Below are positions 12,181 to 25,055 of a stretch of 64,000 nucleotides of DNA, in pieces (positions within the stretch are counted from its first letter, which is position 1; each line of letters starts with the position of its first letter). Source of the DNA: Octopus bimaculoides (Eukaryota); the NCBI RefSeq assembly GCF_001194135.2, contig NC_068987.1, positions 60,273,670-60,337,669 on the forward strand, read 5' to 3'. The notes beneath the pieces were generated by a model that was not told the origin of the DNA, did no database searches, and saw nothing but the letters and a program-made list of their open reading frames with translations. The translations under genes were made by a program, and so were the position numbers.

Positions 12181-12678
12181 AGATGTCGCACAGTATCCAA
12201 TATTGTGATATTGCTGATTGAAGATATTGTGTGTACTCGGGGTTTGTACTGTCTGTCAGGTCACAACAAGAACCTCAGACAGCCAGTACTTTACACAATA
12301 TGCATGCAGTTCCAAGTAATGCTGATTTTTGCAATAAATTGCAGGGTATTTTCAAAGTTTCCAGATGTTTTTCAGGTCGGGAGGTATTGAACCCAATGCT
12401 TCAATGACAATATGGACAACTTATATGTTTGACTCTTGTAGCAGCCATATTTTATCGATCTTAATTCTCAGGTCTCCATATTTATCAACCTTTTCTCTTT
12501 CTTTGATGATGATATGTTGATCTCCTGGCACTGCCATGTCGATTATTCAGCACTCTTGTTTGTCCCTCCTAAAGGTTACCATGTTTGGCCTTCAGTGCTC
12601 TAACACCTTGTTTGTCTGGAAGTCAAAGTCCAAGAGGACTTTTGCTTTTCTCTTTCCATCCATTACCTTTTCCCACAT
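12181..12678 (-). mobile_element. 5'-truncated 3' end of an R4/Dong-like non-LTR retrotransposon (restriction-like endonuclease region)
   Basis: Clear reverse-complement homology to 55480-55965. It encodes degenerate AVPGDQHIIIKEREKVDKYGDLR...VIEALGSI...GTAC, and has TAA-type microsatellite on both sides. Confidence 0.8.
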
Positions 12679-12711
12679 TATTATTATCATTATTATCATT
12701 ATTATTATCAA

Positions 12712-12923
12712 AGCAGCGAGCTGTCAGAATCATTAGCATCCTGGACGAAATGCTTTACGATATTTTATCCATCGCTACATTCTGAGTTCAAATTTCACCA
12801 AGGTCGACTTTGTCTTTCATCCTTTCAGGGTTGATAAATTAAGTACCAGAGAAACACCGGGGTTGATGTAATCAACTAGTCCCCTCCCTCCAAATCTCAA
12901 GCTTTGTGCTTTCAGTAGAAAAG

Positions 12924-12924
<1 letters not shown>
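12712..12924 (+). mobile_element. SINE family A, well-preserved copy
   Basis: Complete unit gcgagctgtcagaatcattagca...tctgagttcaaatttcaccaaggtcgactttgtctttcatcctttcagggttgataaattaagtacc...gctttgtgctttcagtagaaaag plus a (CAT)n tail. A similar copy lies at 52411-52623. Confidence 0.8.
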
Positions 12925-12973
<49 letters not shown>

Positions 12974-13723
12974 TATTATCATTTATTATTATTATTACTA
13001 TTATCGGTAGAAATATTCTTAGAGAAACATTGAGAAAAGAGTTGATAGTAATTGCTTGTTATTTGGGTGACTGTATAATGCTGAGAGTAAAGAAAAAAGT
13101 CTCATTTTGAGAGAGAAATTGCCAAGAGAGTTCTAGTGGCATTGTATATGTTATCCCTGATCAAAGACATATAGTACTTAGGTGAGAAATTAAGAACATT
13201 GTGCTTCACAGAAGAGAAGATTAATGTGTAATTCACATTGAGAAATGTTTGGTGTAAAGACAAACAGCTCTAATCATACCAGTAGGGCAACAAAAAAAAA
13301 ACATACGAATAATGGTAATAACAATGATGATGATAATGATGATGATGATGATTACACTGACAATGACAGTGACAATGATGGTTATGATGATGTTGACACA
13401 ATGATGGTAGCAACAGCGATGATGATGATGATGAAGAAGATAATGATGACGATGATGACGATGAGGACAATAACAAACATATTGATGGTGATGATAACAA
13501 TGATGATGGTGACAATGATCGTTAGACAAAATCAGACAAAAAGTTTGATGCCATTTCTTCCATCTTTATGTGCTGAGTTTAACTTCTACCAAGGAAAGCT
13601 TTGCCTTTCTGTCCTTTCAAGATCAATAAAGCAAGTAGCAGTCATGCACTGGGGTTAATGTAATTGACCGGCCTCCTCCCCAAAATTTCAGGCTTTATGC
13701 TCATAGCAGAAAGGATGATTATT

Positions 13724-13767
<44 letters not shown>

Positions 13768-13768
<1 letters not shown>

Positions 13769-16455
13769 TCTTTATCACAGGTTCTGCTGGAGCTCCTGGA
13801 GTCTCGCATGCATAGCAGACTTACTACCTGCAGCCTACGGTACCATGCTATTCATTCTTTTCAGCTATCTAATTACTTTCCTGATTATTCTGGCCATGCC
13901 AAGGAGGCAAACCTTTTGTAACAGTTCTACTGGGTACTTTATTCCAATTTCCTTTATATTCTTCGTGATGCATTCTGATATTGTTCCCAAGGACTCAACA
14001 ATAATTGGTTCTATCTTCATCTTCATTTTCCATAGCCGGGCTATTTTGTACTTAACAGGGTTGTATCTCTCAATCTTTTCACCTTCCTTCTTGACATTTC
14101 ATGGGTCAAAGAGGCATACAATATCAACTATATAGCATATGTGTTTCACCTTGTGCACCACCACTAGGTTCAGTCTGTTACGCTCTAGCACCTGATCTGT
14201 TTGGATTGGGAAATCCCAGAAGATTTTGCTGGTCTCTGATTCTGCCATTCTCTGCTCAAACCATGTCTGGCCTCTCTCTAGCCCCCACTTTTCGCAGTTT
14301 CCAATGTAGCACTTTCGCTACCTGGTCATGTTGCTACAACTTGTAGTGGTTTGGGGTAAGTCTAGGGCATTCATTCGTAGTATGAGCTATGGTTTCATCC
14401 ACTCTATTGCAGAAGCAACACAGCGGAGACACTTGCTCATTCCTAAGATTGACCTTCCAGCTCCTGGTCAAAGTTTGGTCCTGCACTGCCAGTATAGTGC
14501 TTTCAGTTTCGTTTTCTGAGGTTCCTTTCATCAGTCAATCCATTCTATTTTTTCCAGCAACTTCTGTTGTGGCTACATGAAAATGATTGTGGAGCCCCTT
14601 CTTGCATAATTCTTCATGTCCTTTTTGTACTTTTTCCTTTCTTTTTCTTTTTTTCGCTGCTTTCAATACTTACTTGTTTCTAACTGTCACTAGCAACTTT
14701 CTTTACCTTGGGCTAGATATCTCATTAAGCTCTCCAGTTTGATACGTACGCAGTCTTCCACACTTATCTGTCCCCTTCTCCCATTTGCTCTTTTCATGTA
14801 TAGGCGATCAGTGTCTGCACATGGGTGATGGGCCCCATGCATCATTAGGAGTTTTCTTGACTTCCTGTCCATCTCCTTTAGCTCCACTTTGTCCACTTCA
14901 CGATTCCAGTGCCATAACAAACTACTGTGACTGTGCACAAGTTTATTGCCAAAATTATGTTTCTGGTATTCAACTTTGAAGTTAATATTTTTCTCACTTA
15001 CCACAGGTATTCTCTTTTTGTCTTTTCCTTCATGTTGTGGTGTTCGATTCCATCTGCCTTGAGTATTCCCAGGTATTTATAGCTGGATTGAGGTTGAATT
15101 GCCTTTATCATTTCTCATCAGTGCCTTCTCTCCTGGCAAGCATTCCTCATCTCATCAACCATCGTAGCACATTTTGAGAGTCCAAACTCCATCTTAATAT
15201 CATTGGAGAAAATCTGCACAGACTGGACTAGGCTGTCCAGTTCTGCCTCAGTTTTTGTGAATAGTTCCAGGTCATCCATGAATAGCAAGTGGTTTAGTTT
15301 TCCTCTTACCTCTTCCCAGATCATACCCCAACTTTGTTTTCTATAGTATTTCACTCAAGGGGATCATTTCTAGCATGAATATCAGTGGAGACACACTCTC
15401 CTTATGGAAGATTCCTCTCTAGATTTTCACCTCTCCTAGTACTTGTTTCCCTGCTGTCAATTCTGTTCTCCAGCATTTCATGCTATTCCATATAAGGCTT
15501 CTTATATTCTCTACTACTCCATACATTTCCATTGTTTATATTATCCAGGAGTGTGGTATCATATCATAGGCTTTGCGATAATCAACCCATGCCATGCTCA
15601 GGTTTGTATGTCTTCTCTTGCAGATCCTGATAATTAGATTATCAATTAAGAGCTGATCCTTTGTTTGCCAGCTCCTTTTTCGGCCCCCTTTCTGTTTAAT
15701 GGGTAGCAGTCCACTTTTCTCCAAGTATCTGTACAGTTCACTTGCCAATGCACCTGGCATTAGGTTCCATATTAGTGGAAGGCATGTTATTGGTCTAAAG
15801 TTGGATGCAACATTTCCCTTTTCAGGATCCTTGGCACATAATGTTTTCTCTTTTGTCATCCAGCTGGGTACTGTGCCTTCCTGCAAGCACTCATCTAGCA
15901 TTGGTGCTATCCTTTCATGGAGCTCTCTCAGCTTCTTCATCCAATACTCTTAGACCCCATCCGGTCCTGGGATCTTCCAATTTGGGAATTTTCTTAACTG
16001 CTTTTTTATCATTTCTGTAGTTATTTTTATGTCTTCTTGGACTTCTATATTTCTTAACCTATCTTGGATTTCATGCTGCCGCTCTGCTTCATCATTATGC
16101 TCTATAGATTGGTCCCAGATCCCTCTCCAGAATACCTTGCTTTCCTCTGCATCTGGTAATCATTGTTGCGTGTATTTGCCCATCTAGTTCCTGAAACAGT
16201 TTCTTCTGATTTGCTTCAGTCTGCTTTGCCTGAATTGTCTTTTTCTATTGTCATATCTTTCCAGTTTTGCTTTGATTGCTACTACTCTTTGTTTCAATTC
16301 TTCCAATATTATATCATAACCTTCATCTCTTATACTAAATGTTTTTCCAGTATTATTCTTATACTTTCATTCTGCAATTCCCCTCTTCTCAATCTATCAA
16401 CTTGTCCTAAATGTCTTTTTAACTTTGTTTCTTTCTCACAAATTCGTCTATGCCA
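13768..16455 (-). mobile_element. R4/Dong-clade-like non-LTR retrotransposon, about 2.7 kb, 5'-truncated and frameshifted (RT + CCHC zinc knuckle + RLE)
   Basis: Fragments in order: NFRPITCLP, AWVDYRKAYDMIPHSW, LNHLLFMDDL (RT catalytic motif), MEFGLSKCA, C..C...DETIAH...C (CCHC), and C-terminal CLLGMARIIRKV*. The 3' end runs into (GAT)n and the 5' junction abuts an ATG/AAT microsatellite. Confidence 0.9.
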
Positions 16456-16489
16456 GTTTAGTATTAGCATCATCATTATTATTATTGAG

Positions 16490-17015
16490 TAAGAGCACAG
16501 CACAAGCCATCAAAGTGACACTGGGGTACAAATATACGAAGTTCAGTATACTCATCATGACTAACCATCTGATAAGAGTACACCAGGCACATGCATGGCA
16601 TACAACAAGGTGATTTCATATCAAGATAAACAGCACATGACCTCGCAGGTGGAGCTGTGTAAGAATTTTCTTCAGGTCAAGTAGCCCATCTTGCTCAAAA
16701 GATGTCTGACTAAGGGTTATTTAAGGATGATGGACAAAACACTCATGTTTCCAGAGGTAAATTATTCAAACCCCAAAGAATTCCTCTCAACACACGTCTA
16801 TGATGCTCCCCAACTACTTCTGCTCGTGATCAGAGATGCACATATCGTCAGCCACTAAGGGACATGTTCAAATGGTTAAGGTCAAGCAACTGACAGGTAA
16901 GTCTGTGGTATAGAGGAGAATATCTGCTGTGGCTTATCTTTTATACCAAGACAAAACATACATGATAATACTTCCAATTAGTTAAGATCAAAAGCCATGA
17001 GAGCCACTGCAGTAC
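16490..17015 (-). mobile_element. Interspersed repeat (family E, probably a SINE or non-autonomous retroelement)
   Basis: The end ...cttatcttttataccaagacaaaacatacatgataatacttccaattagttaagatcaaaagccatgagagccactgc recurs at about 54435-54535. No coding capacity. Confidence 0.55.
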
Positions 17016-18038
17016 CTCATGATTGTGACCTCGATGCTCTAACCAGTGAGTCATAGATGTGTGTGTGAGTGTGTGTGTGTGTATGTATACACATGCACAC
17101 ACATATATATGGTTTGATAAATGTGCTTAATTTCTGTCATCAATCTGTATTAATGTAGGATGTAAATATCAGAGAGAAGATTGGAAAATTGATGCTATTT
17201 ATCTGATGTGTTCCTGTTGATATTTGTTCAGTGCATGTATTCCTCCTCTCACAATCAAACATGTGGCATCTCAGGAAATGACTTATTGCAAAGCTGTAAC
17301 AAACAATACCGTTTAGTTCCAATTGTGATAGAAAATAAGACTGTCGTGGGATGCAAGCAGAACAGTGAGAATTCAAACAATAAGTTATCTTTTCATCCTG
17401 AATACATCCTGGCCAATTCATAAGTAAATATCTGATTCTTTTATTTTAATTTTTTTTATCCCTTTCGACAATGTGTCTTCAAAAAAGATGGAATATTTAT
17501 GACTAAAACCCCTTTGATTAATCAGTAAAGAAGTGGAGCTAAACAACTATAAAAGTATCAATATTAGCAACAAATATAAGAAATGTTTATGCAATATTAG
17601 CAACAGCAGCAAAAAAATTAACTTATAGCCTTAAATATTTAGTAATTCACTGAAAAATCTTGTATCTGATGTCATGAAAATCTTATGAAATGCTATCAAC
17701 TACAATAAATCATATAAATAATATATTATATAAAGCTGCTATTTTCAATAATAATTATGTTCACAGTACAGTACAACTTTTCCCACTTTTTCCTTGTTTG
17801 TTTTTCTGCAATGCCTCTGAGAATATCCAGAATCTCTCAATCAGTTTACTTTCTTTCCTTTTCTTTTCATTTTTTTTTTGCTTGTTTGTTTTGTTTTGCT
17901 CTTCATTCACAGATGTTGCATGTCATCTATAAAACGTTTTTTTATTCCCAGGTGAGGATATAGGAATCAAATTATGTAGATTATATATCAGGAAGTTAAG
18001 CACTTCTACGACACTATTCCAATTCTAATTTCTGTTAA

Positions 18039-18069
<31 letters not shown>

Positions 18070-18356
18070 AGACATATACAAGCAGGAGGAAATTCCTCCA
18101 TCTAAAACATTTCTACATCTATGTTAGAATATTTGAATCCATATCAAATAGAAAAATGCATCTTGCAATAATTAACTTTAGTAACCTACAGAGTAACGGA
18201 AATTTTCATCAAATGTGTTGCACTTCTCTTCTCTTTTTTTTTCTTTAAGTTTGAACTTTTAAAAGGATGAAACAGAGAGAAAAATGAACACTCTGAAATT
18301 TAAATTATGCAGCAAAAATATTTATCAATTTTAATGTAAAATTCAGTTTCAGTTTT

Positions 18357-18750
18357 TACTCTTTTACTTGTTTCAGTCATTTGACTGTGGCCATGCTGGA
18401 GCACCGCCTTTAGTCGAGCAAATCGACCCCAGGACTTATTCTTTGTAAGCCTAGTACTTATTCTATCAGTCTCTTTTTGCCGAACCACTAAGATACGGGG
18501 ACGTAAACACACCAACATCGATGTTGGGAGGACAAACACAGACACACAAGCATATACACACATACATACATATATACATATATATACATATATACGACGG
18601 GCTCCTTTCAGTTTCCATCTACCAAATCCTCTCACAAGGCTTTGGTCGGCCCGAGGCTATAGTAGAAGACACTTGCCCAAGGTGCCACGCAGTGGGACTG
18701 AACCTGGAACCATGTGGTTGGTAAGCAAGCTACTTACCACATAGCCACTC
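18357..18750 (-). mobile_element. SINE family B (tRNA head + CORE-like domain + internal (TA)/(TG)n + tail), full length
   Basis: Reverse complement of the unit seen at 45161-45560. About 25 copies or fragments occur in the window (e.g. 11690-11970, 21149-21505, 28120-28400, 35100-35470, 41225-41750, 50746-51200, 53880-54130, 60185-60570, 61580-61830, 62100-62440). Confidence 0.85.
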
Positions 18751-20156
18751 TTGAGAGGATCATTATGCTAATATTGATAAACACATGCACTGGTTCTCTT
18801 TTGCTTATCTTTTTACTGATGGTTAATTAATTAACTATTTAACCAATGAGCTACTCAATTGATTGTTTGTTTGAATGTTTGATCAAATGATTGCTTAGTT
18901 AATTGATTAAATGGTTAAGTAGCTAACTAATAATCATTTATACTATAAGTACAGTGGAGGCACATGGCCTAGTGGTTAGGTTGTTGCAATCACAATTGCT
19001 AGATCATGGGTTCGATTCCCTGATTGGGCAGCGCATTGTGTTCTTGAGCAAAATGCTTCATTTCACATTATTCTAGTTCCCCTTTTGATCAGGAGGGAAC
19101 ATTGGCCTGCTCACTTAGCCAGAGGGGCAGCATTATTTGAAGGCCAAAACAATGCAAAACGCATTGTGACCAGTGATGTGTAACAACATCTGATAGCCTG
19201 GTCGGTCATGTGATCATGTGTGACTATAAGTACAAGGCCTGAAATCTTGGAGGAAGGGCTAGCCAACTACAATGACCCCAGTGCTCAACTGGTACCTATT
19301 TTATGAACCTCAAAAGGATGAAAGGTAAAGCCAACCACAGTGGAATTTGAACTCAGGTGATGCTGGACAAAATGCCACTAAGCATTTCGTCCAGCATCTT
19401 AACGATTCTGCCAGCTTGCTGCCTTGTAGTTCTCTTTCTTTTCTCTTTTTTTCTCTTTTACTTGTTTCAGTCATTTGACTGCGGCCATGCTGGAGCACCA
19501 CCTTTAGTCAGGCAAATCAACCCCAGGACTTATTCTTTGGAAGCCTGGTACTTATTCTGTCAGTCTCTTTTTGCCGAACTGCTAAGTTACGGGGACGCAA
19601 ACACACCAGTATCGGTTGTCAAGTGATGGTGGGGGGGGGGGTACNNNNNNNNNNNNNNNNNNNNNNNNNNNNNNNNNNNNNNNNNNNNNNNNNNNNNNNN
19701 NNNNNNNNNNNNNNNNNNNNNNNNNNNNNNNNNNNNNNNNNNNNNNNNNNNNNNNNNNNNNNNNNNNNNNNNNNNNNNNNNNNNNNNNNNNNNNNNNNNN
19801 NNNNNNNNNNNNNNNNNNNNNNNNNNNNNNNNNNNNNNNNNNNNNNNNNNNNNNNNNNNNNNNNNNNNNNNNNNNNNNNNNNNNNNNNNNNNNNNNNNNN
19901 NNNNNNNNNNNNNNNNNNNNNNNNNNNNNNNNNNNNNNNNNNNNNNNNNNNNNNNNNNNNNNNNNNNNNNNNNNNNNNNNNNNNNNNNNNNNNNNNNNNN
20001 NNNNNNNNCTAGTTTTTATTTTAAGAATCTTACAAACCAAAGACATAAACAAATATTTATTTTTAATTTTATTGAATTTTTACTAGAGCTTCACTTTACA
20101 ATGAGAATCTTAACATTTGCTTTAATTTGACATTTTTCTTTTTCCCTACCATTATA

Positions 20157-20452
20157 CAGGGTGTCCACAAAGTATGGGTACACGGAGTAAATAAAATCGT
20201 AACATAAACAATTAAATATAAGAAATAATAATGTCTTAAAGTATGTGTTAATCCCCATGTGGGTACATGGAGTAAATAAAATCATAACATAAACAATTAA
20301 ATATAAGAAATAATAATTTCTTAAAGTATGTGTTAATCCCCATGTGGTACATGGAGTAAATAAAATCACATCATAAACAATTAAATATAAGAAATAATAA
20401 TTTCTTAAAGTATGTGTTAATCCCCATGTACCCAGACTTTGTGGATACCCTG
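20157..20452. mobile_element. Tc1/mariner-type MITE with an internal 3x ~85-bp tandem repeat
   Basis: TA|cagggtgtccacaaagtatgggtaca ... tgtacccagactttgtggataccctg|TA: 26-bp TIRs (2 mismatches) and a TA target duplication. The interior is three near-identical 84-85-bp units. Confidence 0.85.
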
Positions 20453-20752
20453 TAGAATTTAAAAACTGAAAAAATGTAAAACAAAATAAAAATCAAACAA
20501 ATGAAAAGAGATAATTCGAAAAGTTTTGAATCACAATTTCCACCTTAATCTATGTCAGTTGATAATAATACTGTTAGGTCAGGTGAAATACTGGATTTGA
20601 AGTTTAAGAGTTACATGACTAAGAAAGCTATGGGATTAAGTGATGGAGTAAGATCTGAACCACACAGACAAAATTACATTTGATAAACACAAATGGAGAT
20701 TAAATATCTGATAGAAATTGTTGATAAAATTATAATTTTTCTGACTACTCAC

Positions 20753-20764
20753 CTCATTTTAGTA
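20753..20764 (-). CDS. Candidate 12-nt micro-exon
   Basis: ...ttaactattaattcactgatgccag|TACTAAAATGAG|gtgagtag. Only the phase-2 frame (x-T-K-M-x) is open. Confidence 0.3.
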
Positions 20765-21266
20765 CTGGCATCAGTGAATTAATAGTTAAGATTAGAAATT
20801 AGTTTAGAAATGCAGGTTAGTAGTTGAAAATCCAGCATTGGGGAATACAACACCATATGATGCTTGAAGTTTAACCAAATTGAATAGTACAAATGTAAAT
20901 ATCTTAAATATGGATTCTTAAGATGAGATTAATACAGAAATTTATTTATGAATTACAACATTATCACACCATCATTTAAATGTCTTTGTTCTATAACGGC
21001 ATCAGTTAGATGGCTAGATGCCCTTCCTAATGCCAAACATATATATATATATATATATATANNNNNNNNNNNNNNNNNNNNNNNNNNNNNNNNNNNNNNN
21101 NNNNNNNNNNNNNNNNNNNNNNNNNNNNNNNNNNNNNNNNNNNNNNNNGGTTCATTCCCACTGCGTGCCACCTTGGGCAAGTGTCTTCTACTATAGCTTC
21201 AGGCCAACCAAAGCCTTGTGAGTGGATTTGGTAGACGGAAACTGAAAGAAGCCCATCGTATATATG

Positions 21267-21305
<39 letters not shown>

Positions 21306-21514
21306 TTGTGTCTGTGTTTGTCCCCCCAACATCGCTTGACAACCGACGCTAGTGTGTTTACATCCCTGTAACTTAGCGGTTCAGCAAAAGAAACCAATAG
21401 AATAAGTACTAGGCTTCCAAAGAATAAGTCCTGGGGTCAATTTGCTCGACTAAAGGTGGTGCTGCAGCATGGCTGCGGTCAAATGACTGGAACAAGTAAA
21501 GAGTAGAGTATATA

Positions 21515-21990
21515 CAGGAGGAGGTATGACTGGGTGATAAGAAATTTGCTTTCCAACCACAAGTTCTGGGACCAGTTGCACTGCGTGACAACTTGGGAAA
21601 ATATCTTCAACTTAAAGCCTTGAGCTCACAAAAGCCTTATAAGTGGATTTGGTAGATGGAAACCAAAAGAAGCCCATCATATATGTATCTATATATATGT
21701 GTGAGCGTGTATTTGTGTCTGTGTTTGTTCCCCACTACTGCTTGACAACTTGTGCTCGTGTGTTGATGTCCCCATAACTTAGTGATTTGGCAAAAGAGAC
21801 CAATAGGAGAAGTACCAGGCTTTAAAGAAATAAGTACTGGGGGCGGGGGCTGATACATTTGACTAAGAATTCTTCAAGACAGTGCCCCAGCATAGCTGCG
21901 GTCTAATGACTGGTCTAATGACTGGTCTAATGGCTGGTCTAATGACTGGTCTAATGACTGGTCTAATGACTGAAACAAGTAAAAGATAAA
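21515..21990 (+). mobile_element. SINE family B copy with a 6x12-bp tandem expansion (ggtctaatgact) at 21900-21971
   Basis: Direct reading; the unit derives from the normal tail segment ...gtc(a/t)aatgactgaaac. Confidence 0.85.
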
Positions 21991-22279
21991 AGATATATAT
22001 ACATACACGGTATATCTATCTGTTTTTCTATCTATTTATATATATTATATATACATATACTTATATATATATATACATATATATATATANNNNNNNNNNN
22101 NNNNNNNNNNNNNNNNNNNNNNNNNNNNNNNNNNNNNNNNNNNNNNNNNNNNNNNNNNNNNNNNNNNNNNNNNNNNNNNNNNNNNNNNNNNNNNNNNNNN
22201 NNNNNNNNNNNNNNNNNNNNNNNNNNNNNNNNNNNNNNNNNNNNNNNNNNNNNNNNNNNNNNNNNNNNNNNNNNNNNNN

Positions 22280-22312
<33 letters not shown>

Positions 22313-22589
22313 ATATATAATATCTGTAACAAAATTAGCTGCACGTGTCTATTCATTTTCATATATAAAGATGAATAGATATGTGCAAATATAATTTTGT
22401 TTGAGACTGGAGTCGAAGAGTACCTAACATTATTAAACAAGTAGAGATTGTGTCATTTACTCTATTAACAAGATGATGAAATTGGAATAATTATCAGCAT
22501 TCCTACATAGCACCCTGTCACACTAGAGGCTATGGAGTTGATAATCACAATCATTAAGATCCAAATCAACCGATATATATATACATATA

Positions 22590-23290
22590 TGTATGTGGCT
22601 GTGTAGTAAAAAGCTTGCTTCCCAACCACATGGCTCCAGGTTCAGTCTCTCTATAGCTTCAGCTTGACCAAAGCCACATGAGTAAACTGAAAGAAGCCCA
22701 TTGTATATATATCCTTATATCTATGTGTGTGCATGTCTTTCCGTCTGTGTTTGTCACCTTATCACTGCTTGACATCTTGTGACGGTGTGTTTACATCCAC
22801 ATAACTTAGTAGCTCAGCAAAAGAGAATGATATAATAAGTACTAGACTTAAAAAATAAGTCTTGGAGTCAAATTGCTTTACTAAAACCCTTCAAGGTGGT
22901 GCTCCAACATGGTCGCAGTCAAATGACTGAAACAAGTAAAGGAATAAAAGAATAAAAGGAAGAATATGATTTTCTTTTATTCTTTTATTTGTTTCAGTCG
23001 TTTGACTGCGACCATGCCGGAGCACCACCTTTAGGCAAGCAAATCGACCCCAGGACTTATTCTTTGTTACAGGGATGTAAACACACCAGTATCGCTTGTC
23101 AAGCAATGTTGGAGGGACAAACACAGACGCACAAACATACACACACACACACACACACAACGGGCTTCTTCTAGTTTCCATCTGCCAAATCCACTCACAG
23201 GGCTTTGGTCAGCCCAAGGTTCCACACAGTGGGACGGAAGCCAGAACCACATGGTTGGTAAGCAAGCTATTTACCACACAACCACTCCTG
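22590..23290. mobile_element. Tail-to-tail inverted pair of SINE family B copies
   Basis: A + copy at about 22590-22955 and a - copy at about 22975-23290 are separated by roughly 20 bp. Confidence 0.75.
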
Positions 23291-25055
23291 TGCAGTCCAC
23301 TCTGTGGAGTGGTTGGTATTAGGAAGGGCATCCAGCCATATAAACCATGCCAAAACAGACAGTGAAGCATGGTGCAGTCTTCTGCCTAGCCAGCCACTGT
23401 CAAACTGTCCAGCCAAAGCCAGCATGGAAAGCAGACATTAAATGATGATGATGAGAGGAGGAATGCCAATAGTTTTGAAATGTTAGAATTACTCAATTAC
23501 ATCAACCTCTCTACTTCAGTGGTTGTTTATTTTATTGACTCTGAAAGGAGTCAATAATTTGACCTCAAGGCAAATTTGACCTCAGCTTAATTTGAACTCA
23601 GAGTATAGAAAGCTGGAACAAATAACTCAAAGGAGTTTTCTTATGCTCAAATGATCCTGCCAATTCATCTGTCTCATATATGATATAATGGTGTCAAATT
23701 TTGGTGCAGGGTCAGCAAGGTTTGTGAGGAGAAGATACATCAACCCCAGTGCTCAATGGGTATTTATTTTATTGACCTCTAAAAAATGAAAGGTAAAGTC
23801 GACCTTTACAGAATTTGAACTTAGAATGTATAGACAGATGAAATGCAGCTAATCATATTACCCAGTGGGCCAATGGTTTTGCTAGCTCACCGCCTTCATA
23901 TATGATATAATGACATAGTAATACTTTCTACTGTAAGCACAAGGCCTGAAATTTTGGTGGGCTGAGGGTAGTGAATTACATCGACCCCACTGCTCAACTA
24001 ACACCTATTTCATTGACACTGAAAGGATGAAAAGCAAAGTAAACTTCTGTGACATTTGAACTCAGAATACAGAATCAGAAGAAATTCTTCTTAAATATTT
24101 TATCTGGTGCAGTAATTAATCTGTCAATTGTTGCCTTATGATGATATATCATATGATATAAAAAAAAAATTATAAAAGGTCCTTCCCAAGCAATAGACTC
24201 ATAAGATCAGAGGTATATATATTCCCTACCCTGTCACATGGGATGCTAGTCTGTCACAGGATTATTCAGTTTTGCCAGCTGAGCAAACTGAAGCAATGTG
24301 AAACAAAGTGTTTTGCTCAAGAACACAATGCATCACCTGGTCCAGGAATTGAAACTACAATCTTACAACCATGAGTGCAACACCCTAACCACTTAGCCAC
24401 ATGCCTCCACAGTGATATGGTATGTTAATACAGATTACACAAAGTGACATTTGAAAATAAAATGAAAGTAATATGTTGAAATAAATACTCATATGATCAT
24501 CATCTGTTTTCCATGCTAACATTCTGAACCTAAGTAGTTGGTGTTTTTTGTAGGTTGCAGAGAGTTAGACAAAATGAATAACTATATTTAGTTATGTTAT
24601 ATGTTCTAAATTTTCTAACATAGAGAAATAAACTGTTGTAGTAATCACTGCAATAAACAGCTAACAGTTACAAAGAAATTAGCTATTAAACTAATTATAG
24701 AGATAACTGGGTCATAATGATAGAGAAATTGTTCTGTCTTAGATCTAATGAAATGTAAATGCGATAGTTCAGCCATTGGATTTGTATGGATGTGAAACAT
24801 AGAAAATGTCACTAAAGATGACACAGAAGCAATTCACGATGGTGTTGTTTATTTGATCGGTAGATATTAGATATTTGGTCAAACAGTGGGACTGAACCTA
24901 AAACCATGTGGTTCGAAAGTAAACTTCTTAACCCCACATCTATGCCTGCTATAACTTCTTTTACCCTTTACTTGTTTCAGTCATCTGACTGTGGCCATGC
25001 TGGGGCACTGTTTTGAGGGGTTTAGCTGTTTTGAGGGGTTTATGTATAAGATATA

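Noticed and set aside
13768-16455. An active retrotransposon or host reverse-transcriptase gene
   Set aside because: Multiple stops and frameshifts and a missing 5' end; it is a dead copy.
20176-20430. Regularly spaced repeats as a CRISPR-like array (also 21900-21971)
   Set aside because: They are pure tandem units with no unique spacers, inside a MITE or SINE, in eukaryotic DNA with no cas genes.
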